Shown: positions 12,678-26,617, numbered from the whole stretch's first letter. The stretch: DNA of 63,099 bases, filler included, from Basidiobolus ranarum (GCA_040143965.1; 15 parts of 15 records of this genome joined end to end with filler, not necessarily neighbours in it); one strand, 5' to 3'. Translations and numbers: made by a program. Notes: a model not told the origin generated them from the sequence alone.

Positions 12678-14513
12678 TCTGAGGACTTGCTGCTAGATGT
12701 TGACCTTGGTTATTCTAGTCCCAAGGGTAGTATATTAGATGTTGAAAAAGATGACAACAGTTTTGTGACAGACTCTTTGTTATTGGCAAACATTAGTTTC
12801 CTCATAACACTTACTGTAAAGGAAGCAGCTTTGATTATTGAGGAGTGGAGAGTTCAATCCAATCTTAGCAACCAGGTGTTTATTGGTTTTCTTACACTCT
12901 ACCACATTTGATTGGCAACAGTTGCTTGCCACAGACCTGGTACAAGTGGAAAACACTTGTCATTTGTATGACTTAAAATCCTTCAGTAATTAAAGTACCT
13001 TCATGTCAAAATGGTTGTTTGGCTCTCACTGGTGATCTGAAAAGCCTGAAGTCATGTACTGTTTGCACACAATTGGCACTCACTGAATCAGGTAAATATT
13101 TTTCATATAAGGCTTACATACCATTGCTTCCCCATCTTAAAATTTTGATGAAATCACCCAAACATAGAGCATTGATGCAACACCAAATTACTCACTGGGA
13201 AGCTGATGGTATTACCAATATACTTGATGGATATCACTACCAGAATCTGAAAAATCAAGGTTTCTTTGAGAACACATATGATCATGCATTTGCATTGGCT
13301 CTGAATGGTTTCTCACTAAACAAATATACGGTTGGAAAGGCTTGCTGGCCAATAATTTTAATCAACTTAAATCTTCCTTCTTCTGAACAGTATAAGAGTC
13401 AAAATATTTTGATACCATCAATCATATCTGGACCTCAATCAGCAGTGCTTATAGATAGCTTCTTGGAGCCTTTGAATGTGGAATTTGAACGGTTATCTAA
13501 TGGGATTCAGATGGGTGAATATTTTGTTAAAGCCCATATTTTTGTATGCATTGGTGATATTCCTGCATCACTAAACTTGGAGGTTTTGTGGGCACAGTGC
13601 ACGATCTTGCTGTATATTTTGTCAAATCAAAGGAGTTTTCTCAAACAGGTGTACACATTACTATTATCCAAATACAACACTAAACTTCATGATTTCAGCA
13701 TTGAGAGCCCAGTCAGATTGCAATATGATCACTGATATCATATTCACCAAATAGTCAGTTTAACATCAAACTTGGTATTAGCTGTAAGCCTAAAATTATA
13801 TTGCTAAAGGGGATTAGCTAGAGCCAGAGCTTTCTATTAGATACTACACACTTACTCTTCAACAACATTCCACTACTGCTTACTCAGCTCTATAGTGAAA
13901 AATTCAATATGAATGAGCCATTCAAGATAGGATCAAAGTTTCAAACAATTAGGCAAATGCTTGAAAACATCAAGCTACCATCATATTTTACCAGGTTGCA
14001 CATCAATATCGACTTATCTAGGCATGTATTTGAATGCAAAGACCGGAAGTATTGCATTTACATATATTTTAAGTGGAAATTTGAAAAGATTTCTGCATGA
14101 TAAGCATTCAAAATATTGGGAGTTGTTTGTTAATATTGTATATATTTTCTTGTGGCATCAACTCACATTGGAGAGATCTCAGTAAGATATAGCAACTGTG
14201 CAAAGATTTTGTAATTGGATATGAAAAACTTTATAACAGGTTTAAACAAGATAGATTGAATCTATGCCAGTACTCAATACATTCCCTGCTGCATCTTTCA
14301 CAATGCGTAGAGATTACAGGCCCTTGTTATACCTTCTGGGAGTTCCCAATGGAGTGCACCTGTGATGAAATGATGCTTGGTGAGAAATTGTTTGTATTAT
14401 CATATGCTAATCTGATTAACAATGTATTAGCAAAATCAGTGATGGGTGTATTGCAATGGGTTAAGGAGACTCCAGAGTATATTAACCTGCCAACAAAGGG
14501 CTCTTCTCAATGT
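12678..14513 (+). mobile_element. CACTA/EnSpm-superfamily transposase pseudogene (Transposase_21 + DUF4218-like)
   Basis: Motifs NGFS..WPIILINLNLP..NILIPSIISGP..DSFLEPL..E..L.NG..GDIPA and HSLLHLSQ..GP..FWEFPME, with frameshifts and stops. Confidence 0.85.
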
Positions 14514-16798
14514 CTCTAACAAAAACAAAATCAATTTGATCTGGATTAGATCCACCCTCCAAAATGGCAAAACCATCAGCAAACTGGCACAACATTGGTG
14601 GCTTGCATTCTGCCAGGAACTTTGATGATGTGATGGCAATTTCTTGACTGATTATACATAACTCAACAACTTCAATATGCTTTACCAGCAAACTAACACT
14701 GGAAAAATTGCTAAACATCTGTAATTTTGAAAAGCACTGGCCCTTGACAAATAGCTGACTTTTGTAACCATTCACAATGAGAATAAGCTCCTGGATTCTG
14801 GCAAATTTCCTTAAAGAATTCAGGCAATATATCCCCAACTTGCAGTCAACAAATGTCCAGCCACAAGTAGATGCGTCATTGCTTGAATAGATTGCCCCAT
14901 GGCTAAAAAGATAATACTGCATATCTTAATCTATCACACAACAAGTCTTTCTTGCAGCTTTCCTAAAAATACCAGCAGATTCTCACACTAGCAAATTAGT
15001 CCAATTATTGAGGTACTTACTCAGTGTCCATGGATTAGGCTTTGTTGCTGTTATTGTGCTCAAACAATGCAAAAACCTGTGAGCACATTGAAAAGAGCAC
15101 ATTGTTGGCAGGTTAATATACTCTCGAGTCTCCTGAACCCATTACATTACATCCATCACTGATTTTGCTGATACATTGTTAATCTGATTAGCATATGATA
15201 ATACTGACAATTTCACATGGAGCATCATTTCACAACAGGTGCACTGTATTGGGAGCTCCCAGAATGTATAGCAAGGGCCTATAATCTTTGAGAATTTTGA
15301 AAGATATGGCAGGGAATGTATTGAATTTCTACATAGATTCATTATATCATCAATAAACCTGTAATAAAGTTTTTCATATCCAATTACAAAATCTTTCCAC
15401 AATCACTGTATCTGGCTGGGATTTGCCAGTGTGAGTTCATACTGTAAGAATATATTAACAATTTTGACAAACAAACCCCAATGTTGCAAACACTTATCTG
15501 GCAGAAATCTTTCCAAAATTCCACTTGAATATATAGAAATCCAATACTTCCAGTCTTTGCATTTGAATAAACACCTTGATTGGTGTATATTGAAGGGAAT
15601 ACTGGTTAAATATGATGGTATCTTTATTTTTTCAAGCATTTTCCCAATTGATTCAAAGTTTGATCCTATCTTGAATGGCTCACTCATATTGAATTTTCCA
15701 CTTTATAGCTGAGTAAGCAGTAATGGAATGTTGTTGAATAACAAGTGCATACTGCCTGATGGGAAGCTCTGGCCCCAGCTAAGCCCCTTAAGAAAAATGA
15801 TCTTAGGCTAATGGCTAATACCAAGTTTGATGTTAGACTGACAACTTGGTGAATTGATATCAGTGATCATATTGAAGTCTGACCAGGCTATTGATAGTAA
15901 AATAATGAAGTTTAGTGTTGTATTTGGATAGTAGTAATGTGTATGCCTGTTAGAGTAAACTCCTTTGATTTGACAAAAAGCACAGCATGATAGTGAATTG
16001 TGCCCACAAAACCTCCAAGTTTACTGATGGCAGGAGTATCATCAATACATACAATGATATTAGCTTTAACAAAATATTCACTCATCTAAACCCCATTAGA
16101 TAACCATTCAAATTCCACATTAAAAGGCTCTAAATAGTTATCTACAAGCACAGTTGATTTAGGTCCAGATATGATTGATGGTAACAAAATATTTTGAGTC
16201 ATATACCTTTCAGAAGAAGGAAGGTTTACAATGACTAAAATTTTTGGTGAGCAAACCTTTCCAATGGTATATTTTTTAGTGAGAAATCATCTGGAGCCAA
16301 TGCAAATACATGATCATACATATTCTCAAAGAAACCTTGACTTTTCAGATTCTGGTAGTGATATCCATCAAGTATATCAGTAATACCATCAGCTTTGCAG
16401 TGAGTACCTTGGTATTGGATCAATGATCTATATTTGGGCGATTTCATCAGAACTTAAAGATGGGAAATCAAGGGTATGTAAGTCAAATATATATGTTCTA
16501 TACCTGATTCAGTGATTGCCAATTGTGTGCAAATAGTACATGACTTCAGGTTTTTCAGATCACCAGTGAGAGCCAAACAACCATTTTGACATGAAGGTAC
16601 TTTAATTACTGAAGGATTATAAGTCATTCAATTGACAAATGTTTTCCACTTGTACCAGATCTGTGGCAAGTAGCAGTTGCCAATCATCTGTGGTAAAAGT
16701 GTAAGAAAACCAATAAACACCTGGCTGCTAAGATTGGATTGAACTCTCCACTCCTCAATAATCAAAGCTGCTTCCTTTACTGTAAGTGTTATGAGTGG
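14514..16798 (-). mobile_element. Second CACTA copy in inverted orientation, including its right terminus
   Basis: Reverse-complement homolog of 12790-14513 plus a 3' region ending TTTTTGTTAGAG at 14514. Confidence 0.88.
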
Positions 16799-16922
16799 NN
16801 NNNNNNNNNNNNNNNNNNNNNNNNNNNNNNNNNNNNNNNNNNTTAATTAATTAANNNNNNNNNNNNNNNNNNNNNNNNNNNNNNNNNNNNNNNNNNNNGT
16901 GGGTGGTAAGTGGAGTTCGAAT

Positions 16923-17310
16923 TTAAAACATCATCATCGATGTTCGCTTCTTCCCCATTGGATATACTAACAATGAGCCTATGAATAGTCCTACCGCTAA
17001 GCTCATTGCGATAACAATCATCTGGAAAGGAAGCCAGGTGCCTTGTTGAGAATCGTCACTCATTGCGGCAAGAATCCCTTTGACTCCCAAACTTCCTGGA
17101 ACTAGCATGATTGTGGCCCCAAGTACAGCAACATACCCTAGGTTATGAGTTATTCTAGAGTACAAGTTTCCAATGATAGCGATAGTAAATGTAGAAATCG
17201 CTGCTGATGTGGTGGCATCTACCACTTTGGAGGTGAAAAAGGAAACAGAGAATCCCACTGCACTCAGAATCACCATGAATGGCATTTGTCGGGGGGATGC
17301 GTTCATCGGA
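16923..17310 (-). pseudogene. C-terminal fragment of a ThrE/DUF1212 (PRM10-like) membrane protein
   Basis: GNLYSR..IMLVPGSLG..MIVIAMSLAVGLFIGSLLVYPMGKKR. No recognisable N-terminal exons before the 3' end of RPN12. Confidence 0.65.
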
Positions 17311-18505
17311 TCATTTGATATCACCTTGTCTCTAAATACGATGTAGAATATCAAGAAATAGAGCACATCCCATTCCAAACGATGTATCGAGTATTTGCAA
17401 ATCATCACCTTTGGGTTAAAATTATTCTATTTTGCGGTTATATCCAATACGAGCGAGTACTCGCCTCGGGTTTAATGCAGTCAAGGAACTCCATGATAAA
17501 CGAATGGAGTGGTGGTCTTGAGAATCCTCTAAATCAATCAGAATCAGAGCTGTTGCTTTGGAATACCCATTCCCTAGCTTCGATTTATCTGACCCCCGGT
17601 GAGATCTTTCGGTTATTCCCCCCACAAGTCTTTATGAGGGGTGAGGGTCTTAGTACCAGCTGTGCGAAAAAGGCAGTATGATTTATGAAGATGTATTGCC
17701 TCATTAACTGAGTCTGTAAAGCTACCTGCGGTATTGACCACTTGAGGCGGAGTTGAGCGATGCTGCTCATTACGTATTCATTGCTTCTGGATCTAATATA
17801 GTAAGACTTATCAACCTGTACTGTTCATCTCGCCACTATGACCATATCACTGCTTAGTCCTTTGCTCTTTGATCATTCATATTTCTAAATATTGCACAGT
17901 CCATTGCTGCACAGATCCTGCACTCTGGCTGGCAGTGTAAATTAAGGCATTTGGATGGTGCATACAGCTAGAACTCTCATATAGAGTGCTTCATTAATGG
18001 AATATGTTACCAGTTTCCCGAGCATCCAACTTTTCCCGCGTTTGGAAACTTAGACTCTTGCTTGCTTACTATCAAACCACATCCCAAACTTACAACTATG
18101 ATCATATTTATCTCCCTCAGCAAGCACTGCATTGATTAATTTCCAATCAATAATCGACTATATTCATCATCAACCTCAGGCGAGTCTTTTTCAATACATA
18201 TAATAACTGAGATATTATGATCTACTTCTTTCTTAAGGTTACTTGGTCTCTGTGCGCGTAGATAAACCATAGTGCAATTATCACTTGCCTACGCTCTTCG
18301 AGTTCATACAAGCATGTAGATTGAATGGGTTGATCTATCGCAGTAATTGATCTATACAAGTTAATCGAAACTATCCGCGCGTTTAATGATGAGAAAGAAG
18401 AACCGCGGTTTTCTGATTTATATCATTTAATGTTTACATAGGCAGCTCTTAAGTTACATGATAGTAAGAGTAGTGTATGATGATATCAATTACCCATTAG
18501 TAGTA

Positions 18506-19622
18506 TTATACAATACGTTCTAATTCGCGTGCATAATTCAAACTCTGTGCAATAATCTTATTCGAAGGAATATCAACTATCTCCTCACATTTGGTGGCGA
18601 AGTAGATCTTCTTGTCAGTAGGATTAATCGTCCAGCCACGCTATGAAGTCAATTACAATATTTTACTAAATGTTGCGTGATGCTGCTACCATAGTAACTA
18701 CTTACCTCGTGAGCGAAAGTTAGAACATCTTCGAGCTTTTTGAAGAAGAGTAAAGTAGCAGCATCTCCTAGAGGCAAACTATCATAGGCCTTTTCACTAC
18801 AGCTGGCAATTTCGTTCCTATAAACAATAGATTAGTCTATTGCGTGAGAATGTATTATATGCTAACTCTCCTCGTTACCTAATAGTCTCCATGAGGATAT
18901 CAATAAAGAAGGAGTATTCCTGAGCAGGAACCTCAGAGCGAGAATTCCATACTTTATTATAGCTTCCTTCCATTAGAGATTGCTCTAGTTCTACCGGATG
19001 CTTAATATACACATTGTTATGAAGTTGGTCTGGCTCAATAGATTCCAAAGAAGTGTGGAACTCGGAAATTTTGTTTTGGGCTAAAAGACGAAGTAAATTC
19101 AAGCCGATCAATGGGTACATCTTATCAGAAGTAGAAAGCTGAGAGCTTGACGTCGGAGTTAGAAGGTAATAGAAAAAAGATTAATTGGAGATTACATATA
19201 CCTATAATCGCTATAATAAGTTCTAAGTTGGGCAATGTAGCGTTCAAAAGAAGGGACATCTTTGGCCCGTATGCTCCATTGAGCACCTATTTCAAGGACA
19301 TCTCCTGAGAGGCAAGTTATACATTAGAAACTGCATACACTATAAGGCCTGGAAAAACAAATAAACCTACTCGAAAGAAGCAAGGATTCTTGGCTGTCTT
19401 TTTCGTTGCCATGAACGAGGAACGATAATTCAGTCAAAGCAATCTAAGTGTACGTTTTTTGTAAGCGAGGACGATTAGACTTTTTATGTGTATACAATCA
19501 ATGAAATAGCGGTTTACTTTGAGTTTACTAAGAAGTTCTCCGCATTTGTTCAAGTCGCAATTGGGGGAGTTAAACTCTTTTTTGAGATTTTCGTACAATC
19601 CTTTAGCTTCGTTTAGATTCAT
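18506..19622 (-). CDS. RPN12: 26S proteasome regulatory subunit Rpn12/PSMD8, multi-exon
   Basis: Exon 1 19622-19518 and exon 2 from 19443 (IALTELSFL). Motifs [38 protein letters not shown] and C-terminus YARELERIV*. Confidence 0.95.
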
Positions 19623-19959
19623 ATTATCACCTTTGATTATCAGGAGCTCACAATGGTGTCCCTTTGTGTTTTGAGTGAAAATTACCGTTGAAAAATCAGA
19701 TTACGTAGCTGAACTTATCCCATATAATATGGATATAAACGACGGCTATTTACTGAGTATTGATCGATTAAGACCGTTGTTAACGATCTAATATGAATAA
19801 TCAGTGCTTGATCAAGTGATAAACTAAAAGCATGTGGCTTCTTCACTCCTTGCATCTGAACCTGTAGATACGGCAAGAGTATACCATCTGAAAATCTGCT
19901 GAAGTAGATAGACCGTCAATTTGAATGCACTCTTCGCAATTGATATTAAACGTATATAC

Positions 19960-20362
19960 CACTACACATAAGCTTGGCTATTAAGGCGCAGAAGGAAGCG
20001 TAGACACGTTTCTACTGGGCAGGGTGGTGCTGGAAATACAAAACATCTCAGAGGTCGTGGCATCACCATATCGACGTGAATAAGTATCATCCGAGTTATT
20101 TCAGTAAAGTCGGTATGTATCGCTCCCATTTGACCTGTAACCAGCACTATCGTCCTGTCGATAAATTGTGGACTTTGGTTTCAGATCAGATCCGTGCCGT
20201 ATATGTTGAAAATGGGGAGATGTTCTTGTCATAGATACTCGTCGGGCTGACTATGGAAAGGCTCTCGGTAAGGTCTCCCTCCCTGAGCAGTCCGTCATTG
20301 TATCTACCGCCGTGCCGAGCAGAAGATCAAGGAGACTGGTGGATGTGTTCTCGCTGCTTCAA
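19960..20362 (+). pseudogene. RPL28: Processed pseudogene of 60S ribosomal protein uL15 (yeast L28, human L27a)
   Basis: Across frameshifts: RKRRHVSTGQG..KHLRGRG, HHHIDVNKYHPSYFSKVGM, VDKLWTLV, DYGKALGKVSLPEQSVIV, RRAEQKIKETGGCVLAA. No introns seen. Confidence 0.85.
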
Positions 20363-21119
20363 TTTTGATTTCTGTGCGCAACAAAGAATCTCGGATCATA
20401 TTCGCACTTTCCACTCATCCTAGTAGTTAGCTCTACCTATCTTTCCGACCAACATTGCGCTGCCCCAGAATCGTAGTCCTTTCTGTGAGGAGACATCCCA
20501 GGCTGGTCTTGCAGTTGAGGCAACACCACGTTCACTTGTCAATAGCAGATTCTACCACACTATTACGTCAGTTCGTGGCATGGGAGGTATCTGATTCTTT
20601 CGGAGGTGCAGTGTGTACGTCATTTCACAATAAACGGACTGCTGATGCTTGTATAAGATCATCATACACATGATGCCAACCGAATAACATTGGGAATCAT
20701 AGCTGCAGCTTTCCATTGGCTCCCTGCCACTAATTCTGTGAGTAGGTTTGAGATATCACCTTGGTACATCAGCTTCATGCGAGGTGTTTCAAGAATGTTT
20801 AAATTGAGGTTGGATTCCATGGGAAGCGCGGATTATGTGGAGATCGCGGCATTCCCAATCGCTTACTGCTGGCGAATACATATGGCCATATCTCTAACGT
20901 CCATTGTTTGGGAGATGTCCTGTCGATTGATTCTGGATGCCTTCGAGTCAACAATAGCATCAGGGGTATCTAACATTACAACATATTTTCATGGGGCAGA
21001 TCCGAAACGAATGGGCTTGNNNNNNNNNNNNNNNNNNNNNNNNNNNNNNNNNNNNNNNNNNNNTTAATTAATTAANNNNNNNNNNNNNNNNNNNNNNNNN
21101 NNNNNNNNNNNNNNNNNNN

Positions 21120-21682
21120 TTCTTGTGAAAGGCAAGAATAGCTTCTGGTGGTTCCTTTGGCTTTATTTCTAATCTGTAACAAGTCCCCAAAGGTCCTTGT
21201 CTCCTAGCACTATTGCATCTTGAACTTCCACAGGTGAAAGTCTTCACTATCAAACTTCTCTGTAGATGCAAAAATGTTGCTACAAGTACTAGTAGATATT
21301 CCTTTGACAGCTAGCTTGTAGCTTGTAGCCTGACAAAAGAGCGTAGGTGATTTGGATTTGTTTTAGAAAAGAGTTGGATTTGTGAATTAGCCACTTATAT
21401 TATATTTATTTGAATCTGTCCTACTTCTGGTTTACTCTGAAATAGACTGATTGAATATGTTTAGATCATAACAAACATGCCTGTTAAGCACAGGTGAAAA
21501 TTTGAGGTAAATTTGAAGAAGATTTTTGACAAAAGTAAAAATTGAAAGAGTGATCTAATTGATAGAAATTTCAATTAGAGCAATAAACAGATGTTTTTTG
21601 AATGGCAGAATTGATTGCTAAATAAGCAGAATATGAATAAAGCCACTACTAAATATTGATCTGCTTTTACCTAAATTCAACA
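21120..21682 (-). mobile_element. Copia-B 5' LTR (21331-21682), degenerate PBS and gag start
   Basis: The LTR is homologous to 24444-24791. 21120-21320 is an inverted homolog of 21770-21968. Confidence 0.8.
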
Positions 21683-23440
21683 AATATTCATGGTGTCTAA
21701 TTTACAATTGTGGCTCTGGTTCAAAACACCTCCAAACTCCTGAACATCTTTATTAGCTTATGAGCCTCAAGCTAGCTATCAGAGAAACATCTTCCTGTAC
21801 TATTACCCACATTTTTGTGTCAACAGAGTAGTATGATGGTTGATCTATTCATCTTTGGAAAATCAAGAAGCTATTGATGCAAGAAGACTAGGACAAAGTG
21901 AGATTTGTTGCAAGAGAGAAATAGAGCCAATGAGGCCACCACAAGCTATCCTTGCGTTTCACAAGACACCAAGAAGGGCATTCTTTACATCTTCAACATC
22001 TCAGAGCCTCATAATTGAGGCACATGTACTCAGTCAAAAACACCAAAGATACAGAGAAACACATGAGGAAAAATACTAAGAGGCCTGCTAACAAGCTGTA
22101 TGTAAGACAAAACCTTTCACAAATAAGACAAATCCTGTGATACTGTGACTAATCTCATAATTTGGACCCAGGTTTGGCAATCAGCCCTCATCCATTGGAG
22201 AACTTCTGAAAATTAACATAGTGAAGACACTACTTAGGTGCCTGCTAGACAAGTTTAGGAAACTTATAATCCCCCAAGAATCTAGATTGGAGCCCACAAC
22301 ATGATAATGATTTGAAGGCAGTCTTTTACTAAGGAGTCAAGGAGATCCAAATTACAGCAAAATCATGCAGCTTAGGCCTCTTTTAGAGCTGTAAAAGTCT
22401 GGCAAGCTTTCCTCACAATGTTTCTAACAGAAAGCCATCATCTAAATGTAGAGCATGTAACAAGGTTATTTAATGAGGATTGTTAAAGAAGGATAAATTT
22501 GGTGCAAGCAAACCAAGTAATTTGCATTTGGCATATTTCATTTGTATCTGCCATATCATTGAGTGCAGAGAAAGACTTGGAAGTCTGGTACATTGATCTA
22601 GGAACTTTCCAGCATATATCAAACTGAGCAGATTGGATTTTCAACTTGAAGCCAATCCAAACAAGAAAGGTCTATATGGGGATGATTAAACACCACAAGC
22701 AGTTGGTATGGGACAGTTGTGCTAAGTTTAGGCCAAAATTCAGCCATAACATATGCAAAAATAAATGCTGAGCTCTATGTACCAAATATAGGCACAAATA
22801 TGCTCTCTGTAAGCCAAGAAACAGCTCACACACCATACTTGTGCTGGGCTTGGTTGGATGCCCCATTTAAGATTAGTTTATGATTAAATTGCCTTTTACA
22901 GTTGAACTTCAAAATATAACTAAGCAGGAAATCAACATAAGCAAAAAAAAAAAGTATGCAAGCTTTGTCAAAACCAGCAAAAAAAGCTGTGAAATGTTGC
23001 ATGGAAGAGAAGATCCACTGGGGTGCTGCAAATGGCTCAAATGATCTAAAATCAGCTTGTTTAAGCTTTGTAAAGTGCAAATATTCCTATATTATATCAA
23101 TATCAAGGTTGCACCAATAGGAAATATTCACAGTAGCCACTTGAAGCTCTGGGATAATCTTATCAGTGCACAACTTTGTCCCAGTGCATACTGACCTTTG
23201 TGAGCCAATGTCAATGTCTGACTGGATCACAAAAGACACCTAATGACTTTAATGATGACAAATCTAGAGGCCCAAGCTACATTCAACCACCACAAAATGG
23301 TAGTAGAGAAAGAATTGCCACAAAAAATAAGGGAACTTAGGAGTGCTAATGACAAAGAATTTTTCTCTAATGACTTTGCCTGTTTTGACTCTAAATATGG
23401 AATTAAGCAGCAAAGTATTGGAATATACTTAGTTTGCTGA
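21683..23440 (+). mobile_element. Copia-B remnant: LTR 3' end, PBS (21756-21767), gag, protease, integrase start
   Basis: PBS GCTTATGAGCC, protease WYIDLGTFQHI, LYVPNIGTNMLSV and integrase VHTDLCEPM. Confidence 0.75.
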
Positions 23441-24443
23441 TTAGTTGGCTATTTTAGTCAGTATTAATGTTGACTACAGCTTCTCAATATGATCAGCCCT
23501 TCATGAAGGTCTATTTACAATTAGCAATCATTTAGATTAAGATCTTTATCAGAGATAAATTTACAAACAATCAAATGATATAGCTTGACAAACAGTGAGT
23601 TATTATATTAAGTCCCAGCCACACTCTGTTTAAAGATATAATTAGTAATTAGTGGATGAGTCAGCTGCTCAACTGATGAAAGAAATCCAGTTTATATAGG
23701 GTATCCCTCATCATTTGAAATGAAAAGTTCTATTCACAGTAGCCTTCTGTTTACATACCCCTCTTATATCACTATTCATCCTTCCTCTGCCAACTCATAT
23801 TACTCAACCATACACTTCAACACAAAATAGAACTTGCTAATAGGACATAATGGTGATGGCAGAATCAACATTACATGGTTAAAAGCTATGAAAACAGAGG
23901 TGAGCTTAGCATGTTCTTGTTGAGATCCATTCAAAATAAGTGCTCACCAAGATTGCTATAAATATCTACTCCATTTGAAACCAAATAGGGATCAAAACCA
24001 ATTCTTCACACAGTCCAGATGATTAATTGTACTTCACATTATCCTTTTTCAGCTCAATATTGTTGCAAATAAGAACTCAAAGGCAGTAAATATATATCTC
24101 TTGGTAACTTTGACAAATTTTAGATTCACTGAGTGAGAGAAACCAATAATCAGAGGTCAATTGAATGTAGAGATGTGGTTTAAAATTGGACTGCAAGTTT
24201 TGCACCTCATATGATAGTTTGAGAACAAGGTATCATAAACAGCACTTTTCATAAAGTGTCTGAGAAATTTTCAGCTGTAACTCACTCCTATTCAATCAAA
24301 AATTCAGCCTCATTTCATCATAGAATAATACAGGGCCTATAAAAATATCCAAACATTGAAATAAGCCTGGTAATTTTTGAAACACTTCCAATATTGAAGT
24401 TAACATATATGCTGCCTTCTATAACCAGCCCCAAATTTGGATC

Positions 24444-25238
24444 TGCCAAAAGTATTCAGGGGATTTGGGATTATTTTGGAGAAGATTTAAATTTGCAAAC
24501 TAGACACTTAAGTTATATTGAATACAACCTGCTCATAATTTACTATAAAATAGAAGAATTGGATGTGCTTTTGATCATTTCAAACATGCCTGTTAATCAT
24601 GGGTGAAAATGTGTGGTGATTTGGAGTGGTTTTGAGAAAATAGTGAATAATGGTAAAATTGATCTAATTGATATTTGTATTAGTTAGAGCAATAAGCACA
24701 TGTTCTTGAATGGCAGAATTGAGTGCTACATAATCAGAGTATCAGTAAACCAACCTCACAATAATAAGTTGCTACTTATCCTATTTCAACATTCCCACTC
24801 AACTAATTACTTTGTATTTGTCTTAAACCTAATGTATATCTAAATAAATCAAACTGTGCTTTAGCTAAAGTTTTGGTTAAGATGTCAGCAATCATTTCCT
24901 CAGTAAGGCAATAGACAAGTTCAATTATATCATTCTCTATTGCTTCTCTAACAAAGTGATGCCTAATATCTATATGCTTCATTCTAGCATGAAATGTAGG
25001 GTTTTTAAGAAATGAAATACAACTTTGATTATTTTCAACTACAGTAATAGCACATTTTTGCATGCATCCTAAGTCAGTAAATAATTTCCTTATTCACACA
25101 GCTTCTTGTGTAGTAGCAAAGGCAGCCACATTACTCTCATTCTGTAGTGGAAAGTGCTATGGTTGGTTGCTTCTAACTATTCTAAGTTAAGGCTCCATTA
25201 CCATCGAGCGAAGTCTACCCAGTTGGTGATCTTCTAAA
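24444..25238 (-). mobile_element. Copia-B RNaseH, PPT and 3' LTR (24444-24791)
   Basis: NPTFHARMKHIDIRHHFVRE..MIADILTK and PPT AGTTGAGTGGGAA before TGTTGAAA. Confidence 0.9.
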
Positions 25239-25559
25239 NNNNNNNNNNNNNNNNNNNNNNNNNNNNNNNNNNNNNNNNNNNNTTAATTAATTAANNNNNN
25301 NNNNNNNNNNNNNNNNNNNNNNNNNNNNNNNNNNNNNNCTGTGGGTTTACTAACTTTTGCACCTTGAGTTCTTACTTAGCTGCTTTCTATTCTTTTCCAA
25401 GTCACTAATTGCATACATCCTTGAGATATTTTATGAATAAGCCTACACTAGCCCAACAGCCATTTGGTAGTAAAAAACCCAGGATAAGCTACACGATATA
25501 ACTCAATAACCTATAGACTAAAACCAGGGTTCTGGTTTTTTTACAATTAGCTCAAATCA

Positions 25560-26590
25560 ATGTGATCTTTGGCAAGATGCCACATAGTTCACAAAATGTT
25601 AAACCACTTGTCATTAGAATAAGTGACAACAGCTCTGACTTTCACAGTCTTTTGGTTTACCGGTTTTCTGTCAAGATTTCAACTTTGATGTGCCCAAGCA
25701 ATCTCAGGTCATTGTGTAGGTGTAATGGTCCAACACCTGTTCTGCTCCACTAGATTGTCATGGTGATATTTGGATGTATGGTGTGTGACTGATTGATATC
25801 CCATACATGAATGGACAGAGGTAGCTGCTTGTTGCTGCAGCTCCAGTACAGCATTCTGAGAGTGTTGTATCACTGTTGAGTGACTCTCTAACTGTTGAAT
25901 AGTTGCTTCAGAATGCTGCATTAGTTACAGTTTTGCAGTGTTATTGTTTATCATGGCCTGTATAGCAATTTTATAGTCTTAATTTATGATTGCATACAAA
26001 TCATTATGGTGTTCTGCCTGAGATTTCCTTGTTGTAATAATTCTATCCAAATTTTCAATAGAGGGATGTTCAATAGTTGGCAAAGTGGCCATTCTGGAAG
26101 TTGATGGTTTTGAAAATGTTTTTGTTAAACTTTGCTCAACTATTGATTTACTACATAAATTGGCGATTATAATCTTGTCACTTGCACTATTAGTGGAAAG
26201 GGACATATCTGGTAAATTGATTATTACTCCATCATAACTTGAGTTAGTTACTGGCATGTTAAAGCCTTTTAAAGTGAATACTGGATAGCTGGACTACACT
26301 TCAATGAAGTCCTCTGTTCTTACTATTTTTTTTTCCTTTTGTGCCACCAGGCTTTTTCTTGAAATCTAATCTTCATTTAGATTTCAACCAATTTTAGAAT
26401 GGCAATGAAATTTTCAGAAGGTAAACTTGATGTCTTGAAATTGCTTAGAAACAGCATATAAAGAACCAAAATTGCAATCCATTACTGCAAAAGGTTTACC
26501 ATTTGCCTGATGACTCCTTTGTGACACCATCTCAGAATAAGCTGATGATATTGATGGGATATCTCTTATACACCACTCTTACATAGGAGG
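25560..26590 (-). pseudogene. Decayed unidentified ORF in CpG-depleted repeat DNA
   Basis: Successive minus-strand open stretches (25979-26257, 25709-25921) with S/T-rich and Q-rich coiled-coil-like segments. No family recognised. Confidence 0.35.
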
Positions 26591-26617
26591 TGCTCTTTTT
26601 TCTTCAACATCCTTCTC

